A stretch of 64,000 nucleotides of DNA from Terriglobia bacterium (GCA_963767485.1 CAVYDZ010000004.1:109744-173743); one strand, 5' to 3'. Positions 10,726-22,876 are shown, counted from the first letter of the stretch. A program made the numbers and translations. Notes: generated by a model not told the origin, from the letters alone.

Positions 10726-11993
10726 TGCGGGCGAACGAATACGACGTGCTGATCGTGGGTGCGGGAGTGGCGGGCCTGGCCGCGCTCTCGGAGCTCAGCA
10801 AAAATGGTGTGCGTGTGCTTTGCCTTGAAGCACGCGATCGAATTGGAGGGCGGATCCTCACAGTCCGCGATCCCGCTTCCCCCATTCCCATCGAATTAGG
10901 CGCGGAATTCATTCATGGGCGGCCGTTGGAAACGTGGGAGATCGTTCGCTCGGCAAAGCTTGCAGTCTACGACTGCGCCGATGCTTCTGTTTATGTTCGA
11001 AACGGCGTGATCGAGCAGGCTGATAGCTGGGAATCCGTCGGCCAGGTAATGGGCGAAATGCGGCATGCTGCAGAGCAGGGAATCGATCAGTCATTCGCTT
11101 CCTTTCTGCGGGATTCGAAGCAACCCGCTCTGGCGAAAGAGCTCAGCGCATCTTTTGTCGAGGGCTTCAATGCGGCTCGCAGAGAAGTCATCGGGATCGC
11201 GTCGCTCACGCAGGACGGGGCCGCAGCCGATCGCATCGATGGCGATCGCTCGTTCCGTTTTTTTTCGGGTTACGAGAGCATCCCCCGGGCGCTCGCGGGC
11301 GCTACATCGCAAATTCGCCTGACCACGATCGTTTCGGGCATTCGGTGGCAGACGGGCCGCGTCGACCTGCAAACCCAGTCCGAAACATTTTCTGCGGCCA
11401 AAGTAATTTTAACCGTGCCGCTGGGGGTGTTGCAGGCCGGCGCTATCGCCTGGAGTCCCGATCCGCGCGAAACGCTCGAAGCTGCCCGGGCGCTAGCCTT
11501 CGGAGATGTGTATCGCGTGGTGCTACGTTTCCGGGACGCGTTTTGGGAAGAAAATTCTTCTTTCGCCGATGCCGGGTTTCTACTTTCGAATGAAGCGCTC
11601 TTTCCCACCTGGTGGAGTCCGCTGGCGGTACGCGCCCCGATCCTAACGGGCTGGAGCGCGGGGCCGCACGCCGACGGGTTGATCGGTCAAAGCCAGGAAG
11701 CAATTTTTGAGGAAGCGATTCGCTCACTGGCACGGATCTTAGGTGTTTGTTCAGAGCGCATTCGGCGCGAATTAGTGCACATCTATTTTCACGATTGGCA
11801 GGCCGATCCGTTTTCGCTCGGCGCATACAGCTACGTTCCCGCTGGGGCGATGGACGCAAGGAAAAAACTGGCGGAGCCCGTGCAAAACACTCTGTTTTTC
11901 GCCGGCGAAGCAACCGAGTTGAACGGCCACAGCGCGACCGTGCATGGCGCAATCGCCTCGGGCCGCCGCGCAGCGAGTCAAGTGATAAGTTAA
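10725..11993 (+). CDS. FAD-dependent amine oxidase family protein
   Basis: Dinucleotide-binding motif DVLIVGAGVAGLAAL...LEARDRIGGR and C-terminal motif FFAGEAT...VHGAIASGRRAA. The start overlaps the upstream stop (TGATG); a TTG at 10722 is also possible. Confidence 0.8.
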   Translation: MRANEYDVLIVGAGVAGLAALSELSKNGVRVLCLEARDRIGGRILTVRDPASPIPIELGAEFIHGRPLETWEIVRSAKLAVYDCADASVYVRNGVIEQADSWESVGQVMGEMRHAAEQGIDQSFASFLRDSKQPALAKELSASFVEGFNAARREVIGIASLTQDGAAADRIDGDRSFRFFSGYESIPRALAGATSQIRLTTIVSGIRWQTGRVDLQTQSETFSAAKVILTVPLGVLQAGAIAWSPDPRETLEAARALAFGDVYRVVLRFRDAFWEENSSFADAGFLLSNEALFPTWWSPLAVRAPILTGWSAGPHADGLIGQSQEAIFEEAIRSLARILGVCSERIRRELVHIYFHDWQADPFSLGAYSYVPAGAMDARKKLAEPVQNTLFFAGEATELNGHSATVHGAIASGRRAASQVIS

Positions 11994-12015
11994 ATCTCCA
12001 AAGGATGCATTCGAT

Positions 12016-13567
12016 ATGAAAATCTCCCGCAGAACTGCGATGGCCTCTCTCCTGGCGAGTCCTTTCGCGGCGCGCTTAGAGGCGGCTCGTCCCGAACTGC
12101 CGCCCGGAATTGAGCCGGAGAAGGGCCCTTTTCAGGGCACGCGAGCATCTCTGTCGAGTTATGAAATTCCCGAGTGGTTCCGCGACGCTAAATTCGGCAT
12201 CTGGGCGCACTGGGGACCGCAATCCGCCATCGAAGACGGCGACTGGTATGCCCGCAATATGTATATGCAGGGCAGTCCGCAGTATGAGTACCACGTCGAA
12301 ACCTACGGACACCCGTCTAAGTTCGGATACAAAGACACCATCCCCGCCTGGAAAGCACAGGATTTCCAGCCGGCCGAGTTGATGAAGCTGTATAAACAAG
12401 CCGGGGCTAAGTATTTCTTCTCCATGGGCGTTCATCATGACAACTTCGATATGTGGAACTCGAAGTATCAACACTGGAATGCGGTGAAAATGGGGCCGCA
12501 TAAGGACGTGGTGGGTCTCTGGCGCGAGGCCGCACGCAACGAAGGCCTAAAGTTCGGGGTGAGCGAGCATCTGTGGATTACTTACAAGTGGTTTTCCACC
12601 AGCCACGGGCACAATGAAACCGGACCGCTCGAAGGCGTGAAATACGATGGAGCGAACCCAGCCAACTTCGATCTGTATGTTGACTCCGATGCAGTTTACA
12701 ACAAACTCGATTGGACTGAAGACGGCATTCCGGAATGGTGGAAGCGGCATTGGTATATGCGCATCAAAGACCTGGTCGATAATTATCAGCCCGACCTGCT
12801 GTATTCCGATGGCTCGCTTCCATTTGAAGACTACGGACTCAGCCTGGTGGCGCACCATTACAACCTCAGCGCACAAAAGAATGGGGGCAAATCGCAGACG
12901 GTTTACTTCAGCAAGAATCAGCAGGATTCTACAGAGGGGATTTCGACACTCGATGTGGAGCGTGGCGTGGTCGATTCCATTTGGCCGCGCCCGTTTCAGA
13001 CCGATACCTGCATCGGCGACTGGCACTACAAACGCGGGATGCGCTACAAGACTCCGAAGACGGTGATCGATCTGCTGGTAGATATCGTGAGCCGCAACGG
13101 CAACCTGCTGCTGAATTTCCCGCTGCCTGCGAGCGGCATGCTCGATTTAGAAGAGCGCAACGTACTCGCGGGCATCACGCAATGGATGTCGGTGAACAGC
13201 GAAGCAATTCACGGCACGCGCCCGTGGAAAATTTTCGGCGAGAGCCCTGAGCAGACTGTGGTCGAAAAGAGTTCCTCATTCAACGAGGAGAACCGCAAGG
13301 ATTTGACGGCGGCCGATATTCGCTTCACGACGAAAGGCCAAACGCTCTACGCGTTTGTTATGGGCTGGCCCAAATATCAGGTCGAGATCAAGCCGCTCGC
13401 CACCGATACCTGGCTGCGCGTCGGGGAAATCCAACAGCGTCGAACTGCTCGGCCACGGCGAGCCCCTCAAATTCACGCACAGCGCTTCCGGGCTAAGAAT
13501 TCTGCTGCCGGAAAAGCAGCCGTCCGATTATGCCGTTGTCTTCAAGATCAACGGTGCGCTCACTTAG
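12016..13567 (+). pseudogene. Alpha-L-fucosidase (GH29), with a frameshift near the 3' end (about 13424-13432)
   Basis: GH29-like N-terminus (FGIWAHWGPQS, DWYARNMY, FFSMGVHHDNFDMWNS) and a Tat-like leader. The native-looking C-terminus SVELLGHGEPLKFTHSASGLRILLPEKQPSDYAVVFKINGAL is in another frame (ORF 13355-13567). The junction is at gtcggggaaatcc. Confidence 0.75.
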
Positions 13568-14726
13568 AAATTGATTCGAAATTTCCGCGGAACAGGCGAT
13601 TCACATCCCTGCGAATCTGTTGCTCATTCACCTTTCGGCCATCCTCAGCCATGAGCGCGTAGCTATTGGTCAGAATAGGCGCAAGCGTGCGCCGGGTGTT
13701 GCGCCACTTATAAATGGTCTGTTCTAAAATGCGCGCGTCGGAGTGCTGCGGAATGAACGAAAAGCCGAGCATCTCAATACGTTCGCGCGTGATTTCTTCG
13801 ACGATTGACGGGTTGTTCAGGAACCACCAGCAGCCAAACGGCATGAGGTTGCGGAACTTGCGAGCATACACGCATAGCTCATGTTGATTTTCCCGGCTCA
13901 GCACGCTCACTAAAAACCGATTTTGCGGAAAGTCGCGGCACAGAACTTCCAGGCTCTTCAAATCGGCGCGGCCCGCGGCGTCCCCCGCGAGCCGCAGCGC
14001 CGGATTCACCTGCCGCCGCACGCCGATCATCAACGAAAGCGGGATATCGAATTCCTGGCACGTGGGCAGAACTGCCTCTTTCAGCAATTTGCTCCGAGGG
14101 TCATTCTCGCCCGGGTACGCAAACGAGTCAGGCAGCGAAACCGCCATATAGACGGGCCGCATGCGTACGCACCAATCCGCTAAAAACCGGCGCACGTCCG
14201 GAATGCCGCCAGATGGCTCCAACACCCTGTCAATGCGAAGCGCCGGATGGAAGCGCGTGTCTTTCTCCGGGTTCTTCTTCCACAATTCCGCTTCCACGGG
14301 ATCGAGCGGATCGTTTGTCATCACGACTTCGCTAATCCCGGCCAAGCGGAACACCTCCGTGATATGTTCCTCAATCGGCCGCGAAGCAAAGAACGCCCGG
14401 GCCTCTTTCAAATCGCTCGCCTCCGTCGGCAACCCGAACGCCTGAAGCACGGCCACCACGCCGCGCGTTGCTTCCGAGACCGGCGGATTTTCCAAGAACA
14501 ACGCCTGCCATATCGCATCCGCTTTCGCTTCGAGCGAGAGAGCCCAATACTCTTCCGGCTCAATCTTCGCCGAGCGAAAAAGCTCCGCCTCCAGATAGTG
14601 ATACGTCAGCAATTGATCGATGCCCCACAACCCAAGCTGCCCGAGCGACGGCTGGAACAGATGGGTATGCATATCGATCACCGGAGTGTCGCGCAATGCG
14701 CGTTCAACCATCTCCCGCAGTTCCAT
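13560..14726 (-). CDS. Amidohydrolase-fold protein, glucuronate (uronate) isomerase-like
   Basis: Contains VIDMHTHLF, LLTYHYLEAELFR, VVMTNDPLDP and ALRIDRVL, which resemble UxaC-family landmarks from memory. Needs a profile search. Confidence 0.5.
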   Translation of the reverse strand: MELREMVERALRDTPVIDMHTHLFQPSLGQLGLWGIDQLLTYHYLEAELFRSAKIEPEEYWALSLEAKADAIWQALFLENPPVSEATRGVVAVLQAFGLPTEASDLKEARAFFASRPIEEHITEVFRLAGISEVVMTNDPLDPVEAELWKKNPEKDTRFHPALRIDRVLEPSGGIPDVRRFLADWCVRMRPVYMAVSLPDSFAYPGENDPRSKLLKEAVLPTCQEFDIPLSLMIGVRRQVNPALRLAGDAAGRADLKSLEVLCRDFPQNRFLVSVLSRENQHELCVYARKFRNLMPFGCWWFLNNPSIVEEITRERIEMLGFSFIPQHSDARILEQTIYKWRNTRRTLAPILTNSYALMAEDGRKVNEQQIRRDVNRLFRGNFESISK

Positions 14727-14779
14727 GTCCTCTATCTTATGGAATGTCAGTTACTAACCTGGTTTACTAATCTGGTTGT

Positions 14780-16288
14780 GTGCTGCTTCTTTCGCAAGGT
14801 TCGCTCGTCGACGGAACTGGCGCGGATCCGGTAACCGGGTCAGTGCTGCTCGATGGGGGCGAGATTCTTGAAGCGGGCTCCGTCTTCAAAGCGCCCGAGT
14901 GCGAAACGATCGATTGCCGCGGTCTGACGATTACGCCTGGATTTCTCGATTTGCACAGCCATTCCGATCTGCAAGTGCTGGAGCATCGCGCAGAGAAGTT
15001 GAAGCAGGGTGTCACGGCCGAGGTGGTCGGCAACTGCGGCTTTTCTCCCTTTCCATACTCGGGCGACACACATGCTCTGCAGAGCTTCGCGTCCGGCATC
15101 TTAGGCAAGCCAGGCGGGTGGGGCTGGTCTTCTGCGAAAGCTTACCTCGATGCGGTAGCCTCGGCCGACGCCTCCGCATACTCGCTTGTGGGTCACGGCA
15201 GTTTGCGGATTGCGGTACACGGGTTGGGGCAGGAGGCGCTTTCCTGCGCCGAACTGGATCGCCTCTGCGGACTGGTAGAGGATTCGCTCGATGCCGGCTG
15301 CGTGGGTCTCTCCACCGGCTTGATGTACGCTCCTGGATCGAGCGCGAATTCCGAAGAGCTCCTGCGTGTGTGCCAGGCGGTGGCTAGGCGCGGCAAATTA
15401 TATACGTCTCACATTCGCAGCTATGGAGCCACGCTCGTCGAAGCGGTCCAAGAACAAATTCAGCTGGCCGAGCGTTCTGGTTGCCGGCTGCAGATCTCTC
15501 ACCTGCAAGCTGCCGGCCGCAAGAACTGGAACCTCCTTGAACCCGCGCTCGATCAAATTGAAGCTGCCCGCAGCCGCGGTGTCGACGTGGAGTTCGACAT
15601 TTATCCTTACCAATGCGGCAGCACCGTACTTACCCAACTGCTCCCGCAATGGTCGCTGGACGGTGGAACGCCTGGACTGCTTGAACGTCTCGCCGATACT
15701 CGAAGCCGCGCCAGGTTGCAAGCGGAATTAGACGATGCCGAGGCTGGCCGTTGGTCCGACGTGACCATTTCCTCCGTCGAGAGCGAGCAAAATGCCGGGA
15801 TGGTGGGAAAAACAGTCAGTCAAATTGCCGCAATCCGCGAAACAAGCGAAGGCGCTTCGGTTCTCGATCTTTTAGCCGAAGAAAACGCTGCAGTCAACAT
15901 CGTTTCCTTCAATCAGAGCGAAGAAAATCTCCGGCGTCTCATCACCCATCAACTCTGCTCGGTGATCACCGACGGCTTCTACGTGAAAGGCCAGCCTCAC
16001 CCGCGGCTGCACGGCACTTATCCGGAGCTCCTCGGCACGCTTGTGCGAGATCGGGCCTGGCTCACGCTCTCCGAAGCTGTCCACAAGAGTTCGGCGAAAC
16101 CAGCGGCCCGCCTGAACCTCTCGAATCGCGGCAAGCTCAAACCCGGCTACGTCGCCGACATCGTTCTCTTCGACGCCGAAAAAATCGCGAGCGATGCAAC
16201 CTACACCCACCCTATGTGCGACCCGCGCGGCATTTCTCTGGTCATTCAAAACGGCAAGATCGCATTCCGCGCCAATCCCACGCAGTAG
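14780..16288 (+). CDS. N-acyl-D-amino-acid deacylase (D-aminoacylase) family amidohydrolase
   Basis: Contains DGTGADP...GEILEAG...IDCRGLTITPGFLDLHSHSDL, which is typical of this family. 502 aa. Confidence 0.75.
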   Translation: MLLLSQGSLVDGTGADPVTGSVLLDGGEILEAGSVFKAPECETIDCRGLTITPGFLDLHSHSDLQVLEHRAEKLKQGVTAEVVGNCGFSPFPYSGDTHALQSFASGILGKPGGWGWSSAKAYLDAVASADASAYSLVGHGSLRIAVHGLGQEALSCAELDRLCGLVEDSLDAGCVGLSTGLMYAPGSSANSEELLRVCQAVARRGKLYTSHIRSYGATLVEAVQEQIQLAERSGCRLQISHLQAAGRKNWNLLEPALDQIEAARSRGVDVEFDIYPYQCGSTVLTQLLPQWSLDGGTPGLLERLADTRSRARLQAELDDAEAGRWSDVTISSVESEQNAGMVGKTVSQIAAIRETSEGASVLDLLAEENAAVNIVSFNQSEENLRRLITHQLCSVITDGFYVKGQPHPRLHGTYPELLGTLVRDRAWLTLSEAVHKSSAKPAARLNLSNRGKLKPGYVADIVLFDAEKIASDATYTHPMCDPRGISLVIQNGKIAFRANPTQ

Positions 16289-16379
16289 CTTTTTCGTTGG
16301 CCGCCAATCTCCGGTCGCTTCGCTCGCGGCTCTGAATGACCAGACCGTTGGGATCGGAGCGACTGATAGATGAGCCGGA

Positions 16380-16412
16380 ACTCACTTTTGTAGTATGTGA
16401 GTATGTCCTCAC
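16380..16412. promoter_or_regulatory. Candidate TetR operator (inverted repeats overlapping the TetR start)
   Basis: ACTCAC (16380-16385), N11, GTGAGT (16397-16402), N5, CTCAC (16408-16412). Located at the 5' end of the TetR-RND operon. Confidence 0.25.
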
Positions 16413-17047
16413 GTCCTCGTTCAATGCCGCGCAGGATTCCGCGGCAGCAGCGAGGCGAACGCCGTGTGGCCGCGCTGCTCAATGCCGCGGCCTCTGTCAT
16501 CAGCGATTCCGGTTACAGTTCCGCTACGATGTGCGAGATAGCCGAGCGCGCGGGGGCCTGCATCGGCTCGCTTTACCAATTCTTTCCAAACAAGCAGGCC
16601 ATCGCGGAAGCATTGCGCGCGCAGTACCGCCAGGAACTCGGCTCGCTTTGGGTATCGTTAGAGCAGGCAGGTTCTCTTTCCATCGAAGAATTAGCATCGC
16701 GCCTGATAATCGAAGTGATTGCTTTTCTCGAAGATCGCCCGGCTCTCCGGGAACTCTGGAACCGTCCGGTGACCCCGCGCGACAGATCGATTCGCGCGTT
16801 TCTCCGGCAGAGGCTTACGCGCATACTGTGCCTTTGCGCGCCGCGCCTATCCAAGTCAAAGGCTCATCTCTACGCCGCCGTGACTCTGCAATTAATGAAA
16901 GCGATGAATGAGCTCTATACGGAAACAATCAGCAAAGCTGCGAGAAAAGCTTTGGTATGCGAATACGAACACCTGCTCGGTTGCTATTTACAAGCGCAAC
17001 TTGGGCGTGCAGCGGTAGCTTCCAGGAAACTCGCCAGGAATAAATAG
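16397..17047 (+). CDS. TetR/AcrR family transcriptional regulator
   Basis: HTH region GYSSATMCEIAERAGACIGSLYQFFPNKQAI. Lies immediately upstream of the RND operon. The start is GTG 16397 or ATG 16403. Confidence 0.85.
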   Translation: MSMSSRPRSMPRRIPRQQRGERRVAALLNAAASVISDSGYSSATMCEIAERAGACIGSLYQFFPNKQAIAEALRAQYRQELGSLWVSLEQAGSLSIEELASRLIIEVIAFLEDRPALRELWNRPVTPRDRSIRAFLRQRLTRILCLCAPRLSKSKAHLYAAVTLQLMKAMNELYTETISKAARKALVCEYEHLLGCYLQAQLGRAAVASRKLARNK

Positions 17048-17055
17048 CCTCACAA

Positions 17056-18294
17056 ATGCCTCAAGCCATTCACAAAATCCGCATCTCACTGGTCCTTAGT
17101 CTTGCTGCCACGTTCTTCGCGTTTCTCGGCTGCGGACCCAAGCAGAACCAAAACGCAAACGGTGCTGCGCGGCCGCCGGCCACAGTAGGTGTGGTAACGG
17201 TCAAGCAGGAACAAGTGCCCATCTACGGCGACTGGGTTGCCACACTCGACGGGTACGTGAATGCGAACATCCAGCCGCAGGTCTCAGGCTACCTGATCCG
17301 GCAGGATTACCGGGAAGGATCTCTGGTCAAGAAGGATCAAGTGCTCTTCGAGATTGATCCGCGTCCATTCCAGGCAATCCTGGATCAGGCAAAGGGACAG
17401 CTTGCCCAAGCGAAAGGCCAACTCGGCCAGGCGCAGGCGCAACTCGGTCTGGCACAAATCAACGTAAAGCGCGATACTCCGCTGGCACAGGCGCATGCGA
17501 TCGCGCAAAGCCAGTTGGATAACGATACCCAGACGGAGAAAACCAATCAGGCGCAGATTCTTTCAGCCCAGGCCGCGATCAAAGCCGCCGAAGCCAGCGT
17601 GGAAACCGCCCAGCTCAATCTTGGTTTCACGAAGGTACGCTCGCTCGTGGACGGCATCGCTGGTCAGGCCACCATACAAATCGGCAATCTCGTGTCGCCT
17701 TCAACTGTGCTCACCGCCGTCTCGCAAGTGAACCCGATCAAAGCCTATTTTCCAATCAGCGAGCAAGAATACTTGCACATCGCCGATAAGATCAAGCCGG
17801 GCGACGATTTTTTCCGTACGAAGAATCCGGTGCCGCTCGCACTCACTCTGGCCAACAACAGCATCTATCCCTATAAAGGAAAGATTCTGTTTGCGGACCG
17901 GCAGGTTGATCCCTCCACCGGCACGATTCGCATCGTTGCCGCGTTTTCGAATCCGAAAAACATCCTGCGGCCCGGCCAGTTCGGACGCATTCGCGCGATG
18001 ACTGCCATGGAGAACGACGCTTTACTTGTGCCGCAGCGGGCTGTCACCGAGTTACAAGGCCGCTATCAGGTCGCCGTGGTCGGAGGCGATAACAAGGTAA
18101 ATATACGAACTGTGCAGGTCGGGACTCAGGTGGGACAGATGTGGGTCATCAACAAAGGCCTTCAGCCTGGCGAGCGGGTTGTCAGCGAAGGCACGTCGAA
18201 AGTGCGTGACGGCGCGACAGTCAATCCAACGCCGGATACCTCGCAGGAGTCCGCTGCTGCCTCGTCCGGTGTTCCAGCGGGCGGAAGCAATTAA
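17056..18294 (+). CDS. RND efflux periplasmic adaptor (MFP, AcrA-like lipoprotein)
   Basis: Lipobox FFAFLGC, a coiled-coil hairpin ([24 protein letters not shown]), and barrel-sandwich/beta-barrel motifs typical of HlyD/AcrA-family proteins. Confidence 0.85.
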   Translation: MPQAIHKIRISLVLSLAATFFAFLGCGPKQNQNANGAARPPATVGVVTVKQEQVPIYGDWVATLDGYVNANIQPQVSGYLIRQDYREGSLVKKDQVLFEIDPRPFQAILDQAKGQLAQAKGQLGQAQAQLGLAQINVKRDTPLAQAHAIAQSQLDNDTQTEKTNQAQILSAQAAIKAAEASVETAQLNLGFTKVRSLVDGIAGQATIQIGNLVSPSTVLTAVSQVNPIKAYFPISEQEYLHIADKIKPGDDFFRTKNPVPLALTLANNSIYPYKGKILFADRQVDPSTGTIRIVAAFSNPKNILRPGQFGRIRAMTAMENDALLVPQRAVTELQGRYQVAVVGGDNKVNIRTVQVGTQVGQMWVINKGLQPGERVVSEGTSKVRDGATVNPTPDTSQESAAASSGVPAGGSN

Positions 18295-18296
18295 TC

Positions 18297-21200
18297 ATGT
18301 CGAAGTTTTTCATCAACCGGCCCATTGTTGCGATCGTCATTTCGATCATTACCGTGATCGTCGGCCTGGTTTCGCTGGTGCAGTTGCCGATCGCACAATT
18401 CCCCAATATCGTTCCGCCGGAGATATTGGTTCGCGCCATGTATCCCGGCGCCGACGCGCTCACGCTTGAGCAGTCCGTTGCCACTCCGCTCGAAGCGCAG
18501 ATCAGCGGCGTGGACCACATGGACTACATGTATTCCATCAACGCGAACAACGGCCAGTCGCAGATTACGATCGATTTCGATGTCAACACCGACCCGAATA
18601 TCGACCAAGTTCTGACGCAGTTGCGCGTTTCGCAAGCGCAATCCACACTGCCCGCTCAGGTGAACACCGCCGGATTGACGGTTCAGAAATCCTTTTCTGC
18701 GCCGTTGATGCTGATTGCGCTTTACTCGCCGAACGGCAGCTACGATAGCGTATTTCTCGCGAACTATGCGTACATCAACCTGGTCGATGAACTAACTCGC
18801 TCGCCCGGTATTTCTAACGTGCAGGTGTTCGGCGCAGGCCAATACGCCATGCGCGTCTGGGTCGATCCCGACCGGCTTGCAAAAGTCGGCATCACCGTCC
18901 CGCAGATCGTGGCCGCCCTGCAGAGTCAAAACACGGTGAACCCGGCCGGCCAGATCGGCGGCGAACCCGTGCCCCCCGGCCAGCAGTTTACTTATACGGT
19001 GCAGGCGCAAGGCCGTCTCCAATCTCCCGAGCAGTTCGGCGACATCATCCTGCGCGCCAATCCCGACGGCTCCAACATTCGTCTGCGCGACGTCGCGCGC
19101 CTGGAACTGGGTGCACAGACCTACAACATGAGCGGCCGTTACAACGGTAAGCCGTCCGCTATTCTTGCCATTTATCAGCTGCCCGGTTCGAACGCGGTGA
19201 ATGCCGCGGAAGGCGTCCGCAAGAAAATTGCAGAATTACAGAAGCGTTTCCCTGCTGATCTGACGGACGCCGTAAGTCTCGACACAACCAAGGCGGTCAC
19301 CGCCGGCATGAAAGAAATCGTTCAGACGCTGTTTGAAGCTCTCGGCCTGGTTGTGCTCGTTGTTTACATCTTTCTGCAAGGCTGGCGCGCTACCCTCATT
19401 CCTCTTGCTGCCGTTCCCGTGTCACTCATCGGGACCTTCGTTATCTTTCCGGCGCTAGGTTTTTCGATCAATACTCTTTCCCTGTTCGGCCTGGTGCTGG
19501 CCATCGGCCTAGTAGTCGATGACGCCATCGTGGTCGTCGAAGCAGTCGAGCGCCATATCGAAGAGGGTATGTCGCCGCGCGATGCGTCTATCAAAGCGAT
19601 GGAGGAGGTGTCGGGCCCGGTGGTCGCGATTGCGCTCATCCTGACAGCTGTCTTTGTCCCTACTGCCTTTATCCCGGGTATCACCGGCCGCTTGTATCAG
19701 CAGTTCGCGGTTACTATCGCACTCTCGGTCATCTTCTCCGCGTTCAACGCACTTACCCTTAGTCCCGCCCTCTCCGCGATGCTGCTCAAGCCAAAGCAGA
19801 AGAGCCGAGGACCCCTGCGCCGCTTCTTCGATTGGTTCAATCGCATGTTCGGCCATGTCACGCATGGCTACGTCAGTTTTTCAGGCGTATTGATCCGGCG
19901 AGCCGCGCTCAGTCTTATCTTTCTTGCCGGAATGGCTGTATTGGCCGTTTTCATCGGCGGAAAGCTCCCGAGTTCCTTTCTTCCCGAAGAGGACCAGGGC
20001 TATCTCTTCATCGCTCTCCAGTTGCCGAATGCCGCTTCCCTGCAGCGTACTTCAAACGCTGCCCGCAAAGTGGAAGACATTGTTATGCACACGCCCGGCG
20101 TTCAGGGCTGTACGTCGGTGATCGGTTTCAGTCTCCTCAGCCGTGTCCAGGCGACCTACAATGCGTTCTTCTTCGTTACCGAAAAGCCATGGGACGAGCG
20201 CACCGCGGCCAACGAGCAATACACCGCGATCCGCAACCACATAACAGGCGAACTCCAGCAGGTGCAGGATGGTATCGCGTTTTCTTTTCCGCCGCCCGCC
20301 ATTCCCGGCGTCGGCAGTTCCGGAGGCGTTACCTTCATCCTCGAAGATCGCTCCGGCGCCGACTTGTCGTTCCTCACCGAAAACGTCAATAAGTTTTTGC
20401 AAGCCGCCTCTCATCGCAAGGAGATCGCACAAATCAGCACCATCTACCTGCCGAGCATTCCGCAGCTCTATGCTGACGTAGACCGCCTGAAAGTGACCCG
20501 GCAGGGCGTCAACATCGCCGAGGTGTATCAGACTTTGCAAACGTTTCTGGGCGGGTATCTGGTCAATTACTTCAACCGTTTCGGCCGTCAGTGGCAGGTT
20601 TACGTGGAAGCCGAGGGCCCGTTCCGTCAAAGCGCCAAAGACCTGAATCGCTTTTACGTTACAAACAATAGGAATCAACCGGTACCGCTGAGCGCTGTTA
20701 CCACTATGCAGCCGCGGATTGGCCCCGAATTCACGATGCGCTATAACGAATACCACGCGACACAATTCAACGTGGCCTCGGCGCCCGGCTATAGCAGCGG
20801 GCAAGCTATGCAGGCCCTCGAAGAAGTTTTCGCGCAGACCATGCCGCGCGAGATGGGCTTCGATTACACGGGCATGTCCTATCAGGAAAAACAAGCGGCG
20901 CAGGGTGTTCCGCCGGCCGCTATCTTCGGCCTGTCGCTGCTCTTCGTGTTTTTGATTCTGGCCGCGCAATACGAAAGCTGGTCGCTGCCATTCAGCGTGC
21001 TGCTCGGTACCCCCATTGCGCTGTTCGGCGCGTACCTGTTCCTCTGGTTCAGGCATTATGAAAACGATGTGTACGCGCAGATCGGCGTGGTCATGTTGAT
21101 CGGCCTTGCCGCCAAAAACGCCATCCTAATTGTCGAATTCGCCAAATCCGAATATGAAAAAGGAGCTTCAATCGAACAAGCTGCTCTCACCGGAGCGCGG

Positions 21201-21461
21201 ATTCGATTCCGCCCGATTCTGATGACCGCTTTCGCATTCATTCTCGGTTGCGTTCCTTTGTGGACCGCTGCCGGTTCCGGGGCCGTTTCGCGTCGCGTTC
21301 TAGGAACCGCGGTCATCGGAGGCATGCTGGCCGCAACCCTGCTCGCCATCTTCCTCATCCCGGTTACGTTCGATGTAGTCGAAAGAGTATCGCATCGCAT
21401 GCGAGGCCACAAACCTCCCCAGCAGTCCCGCGTCGAGGAGCGCGAAAAGGAAACAGTATGA
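18297..21461 (+). CDS. RND multidrug efflux permease (AcrB/HAE1 family)
   Basis: 1054 aa. N-terminus [23 protein letters not shown]. Conserved [10 protein letters not shown] and [13 protein letters not shown] motifs. Confidence 0.9.
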   Translation: MSKFFINRPIVAIVISIITVIVGLVSLVQLPIAQFPNIVPPEILVRAMYPGADALTLEQSVATPLEAQISGVDHMDYMYSINANNGQSQITIDFDVNTDPNIDQVLTQLRVSQAQSTLPAQVNTAGLTVQKSFSAPLMLIALYSPNGSYDSVFLANYAYINLVDELTRSPGISNVQVFGAGQYAMRVWVDPDRLAKVGITVPQIVAALQSQNTVNPAGQIGGEPVPPGQQFTYTVQAQGRLQSPEQFGDIILRANPDGSNIRLRDVARLELGAQTYNMSGRYNGKPSAILAIYQLPGSNAVNAAEGVRKKIAELQKRFPADLTDAVSLDTTKAVTAGMKEIVQTLFEALGLVVLVVYIFLQGWRATLIPLAAVPVSLIGTFVIFPALGFSINTLSLFGLVLAIGLVVDDAIVVVEAVERHIEEGMSPRDASIKAMEEVSGPVVAIALILTAVFVPTAFIPGITGRLYQQFAVTIALSVIFSAFNALTLSPALSAMLLKPKQKSRGPLRRFFDWFNRMFGHVTHGYVSFSGVLIRRAALSLIFLAGMAVLAVFIGGKLPSSFLPEEDQGYLFIALQLPNAASLQRTSNAARKVEDIVMHTPGVQGCTSVIGFSLLSRVQATYNAFFFVTEKPWDERTAANEQYTAIRNHITGELQQVQDGIAFSFPPPAIPGVGSSGGVTFILEDRSGADLSFLTENVNKFLQAASHRKEIAQISTIYLPSIPQLYADVDRLKVTRQGVNIAEVYQTLQTFLGGYLVNYFNRFGRQWQVYVEAEGPFRQSAKDLNRFYVTNNRNQPVPLSAVTTMQPRIGPEFTMRYNEYHATQFNVASAPGYSSGQAMQALEEVFAQTMPREMGFDYTGMSYQEKQAAQGVPPAAIFGLSLLFVFLILAAQYESWSLPFSVLLGTPIALFGAYLFLWFRHYENDVYAQIGVVMLIGLAAKNAILIVEFAKSEYEKGASIEQAALTGARIRFRPILMTAFAFILGCVPLWTAAGSGAVSRRVLGTAVIGGMLAATLLAIFLIPVTFDVVERVSHRMRGHKPPQQSRVEEREKETV

Positions 21462-22876
21462 AGCTGCGGCCCCTCCTTGCAGTTTCCATCTGTTTTCTTC
21501 TCTTGACTGCCTGCACTGTTGGCCCGAATTACCGACGCCCGGTTGTTAATGTGCCGCCCACATATCGGGGGTCCGATCAACCGACTGTGAGCCAGGCCAA
21601 CCCGGCCAATGCCGCGGCGATCGCGTCGCTCGGAGATCAGAAGTGGTGGACCGTTTTCGAGGATCCCGCCCTCCAGCAACTCATTCGCACCGCGCTCAAG
21701 CAAAACTTCGATCTGCGTATCGCTGCAGCGCGCATCCTGCAGGCGCAGGAGCAAGTCACTATCACACGCTCCAATCAGTTTCCAACTGCGAGCGGCGGTC
21801 CAGGCATCACGGGAGTTCGCCAGCCAAGCATTCCGGGTTTTCCAAGCGGCTATTCCTATCTGGCGGACGCAATCGAGTTTTCAGCTTCCTGGAATCTCGA
21901 TTTCTGGGGGCGCTATCGACGGGCTACCGAAGCCGCGCGTGCGAATCTCCGCGCATCCGAATGGGGCCGCCGCGCCGTCATCAGCACGTTGGTAGAAAAT
22001 GTCGCCGCCTCCTACTTCCAACTCCGCGAACTTGATCTCGAACTCGAGATCGCGCAACGCACTCTCACTTCGCGCCAGCAGTCGCTCAAGCTGACGCAAA
22101 CACTCGAGCAGGGCGGCGCCACTTCGCTCCTCGACGTGCGCCAAGCCGAACAGTTGGTGGAGGAAGCCGGCGAATCCATCCCCGATGCGCAGCGCACCAT
22201 CCAGCAAACGGAAAACCAAATCAGTATTCTGCTGGGTGAAAATCCCACAAACATCCAGCGCGGCTTGGCGATCACGCAGGAACCCCTGCCCGACACGATC
22301 CCAGCCGGGTTACCTTCACGCCTTCTCGAACGACGCCCTGATATCCAACAAGCCGAGCAGCAACTGGAAGCGGCCAATGCCCAGATTGGTGTGGCCCGTG
22401 CGCAATTGTTCCCGCAGATTTCGCTTACCGGTACAGCCGGCCTGCAAAGCGTCGGCTTAGGCGATCTGTTTACCTGGCCTGCGCGCAGTTGGAACTGGAC
22501 CTCACAACTCTCGCAGCCCATCTTCAATGCCGGAGCGCTACGCGCGAATGTCCGCCTTTCGCAAGCGCAGCAGCAGCAAGCCGTACTGACGTACGAGCAA
22601 GCTATCCAAACTGCGTTTCGCGAGGTCTCGGACTCGCTGATCGCTTATCAAAAGAATCGCGAATTCCGCATTCATCAGGAAGCCCTCACCAAAGCCGCGC
22701 AAGGAGCTTCGGATCTGTCGCATATGCGCTACCAGGGCGGCGTGACGAGTTATCTTGAAGTGCTCACCAGCGAGACGAATTACTTTTCCGCCGAGATTAA
22801 CCTGGCTCGCGCCCGCCTCAACGAGCGGCTCTCACTCGTACAGGTCTATAACGCACTCGGCGGCGGCTGGCAATAG
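21458..22876 (+). CDS. RND efflux outer membrane factor lipoprotein (NodT family)
   Basis: ATG at 21458 overlaps the permease stop (ATGA). Signal peptide plus lipobox [20 protein letters not shown]-terminus [13 protein letters not shown] is typical of OMF proteins. Confidence 0.85.
   Translation: MKLRPLLAVSICFLLLTACTVGPNYRRPVVNVPPTYRGSDQPTVSQANPANAAAIASLGDQKWWTVFEDPALQQLIRTALKQNFDLRIAAARILQAQEQVTITRSNQFPTASGGPGITGVRQPSIPGFPSGYSYLADAIEFSASWNLDFWGRYRRATEAARANLRASEWGRRAVISTLVENVAASYFQLRELDLELEIAQRTLTSRQQSLKLTQTLEQGGATSLLDVRQAEQLVEEAGESIPDAQRTIQQTENQISILLGENPTNIQRGLAITQEPLPDTIPAGLPSRLLERRPDIQQAEQQLEAANAQIGVARAQLFPQISLTGTAGLQSVGLGDLFTWPARSWNWTSQLSQPIFNAGALRANVRLSQAQQQQAVLTYEQAIQTAFREVSDSLIAYQKNREFRIHQEALTKAAQGASDLSHMRYQGGVTSYLEVLTSETNYFSAEINLARARLNERLSLVQVYNALGGGWQ

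Noticed and set aside
20052-21056. Long antisense ORFs inside strongly supported genes (20052-21056 in the RND permease, 53618-54391 in guaB, 58322-59122 in treS, 5525-6142 in the Wzy/GT4 genes, 52090-52785 in the kinase)
   Set aside because: All are Arg/His-rich with no recognisable motifs, and they lie opposite genes with unambiguous conserved domains. This is a typical high-GC antisense artefact.
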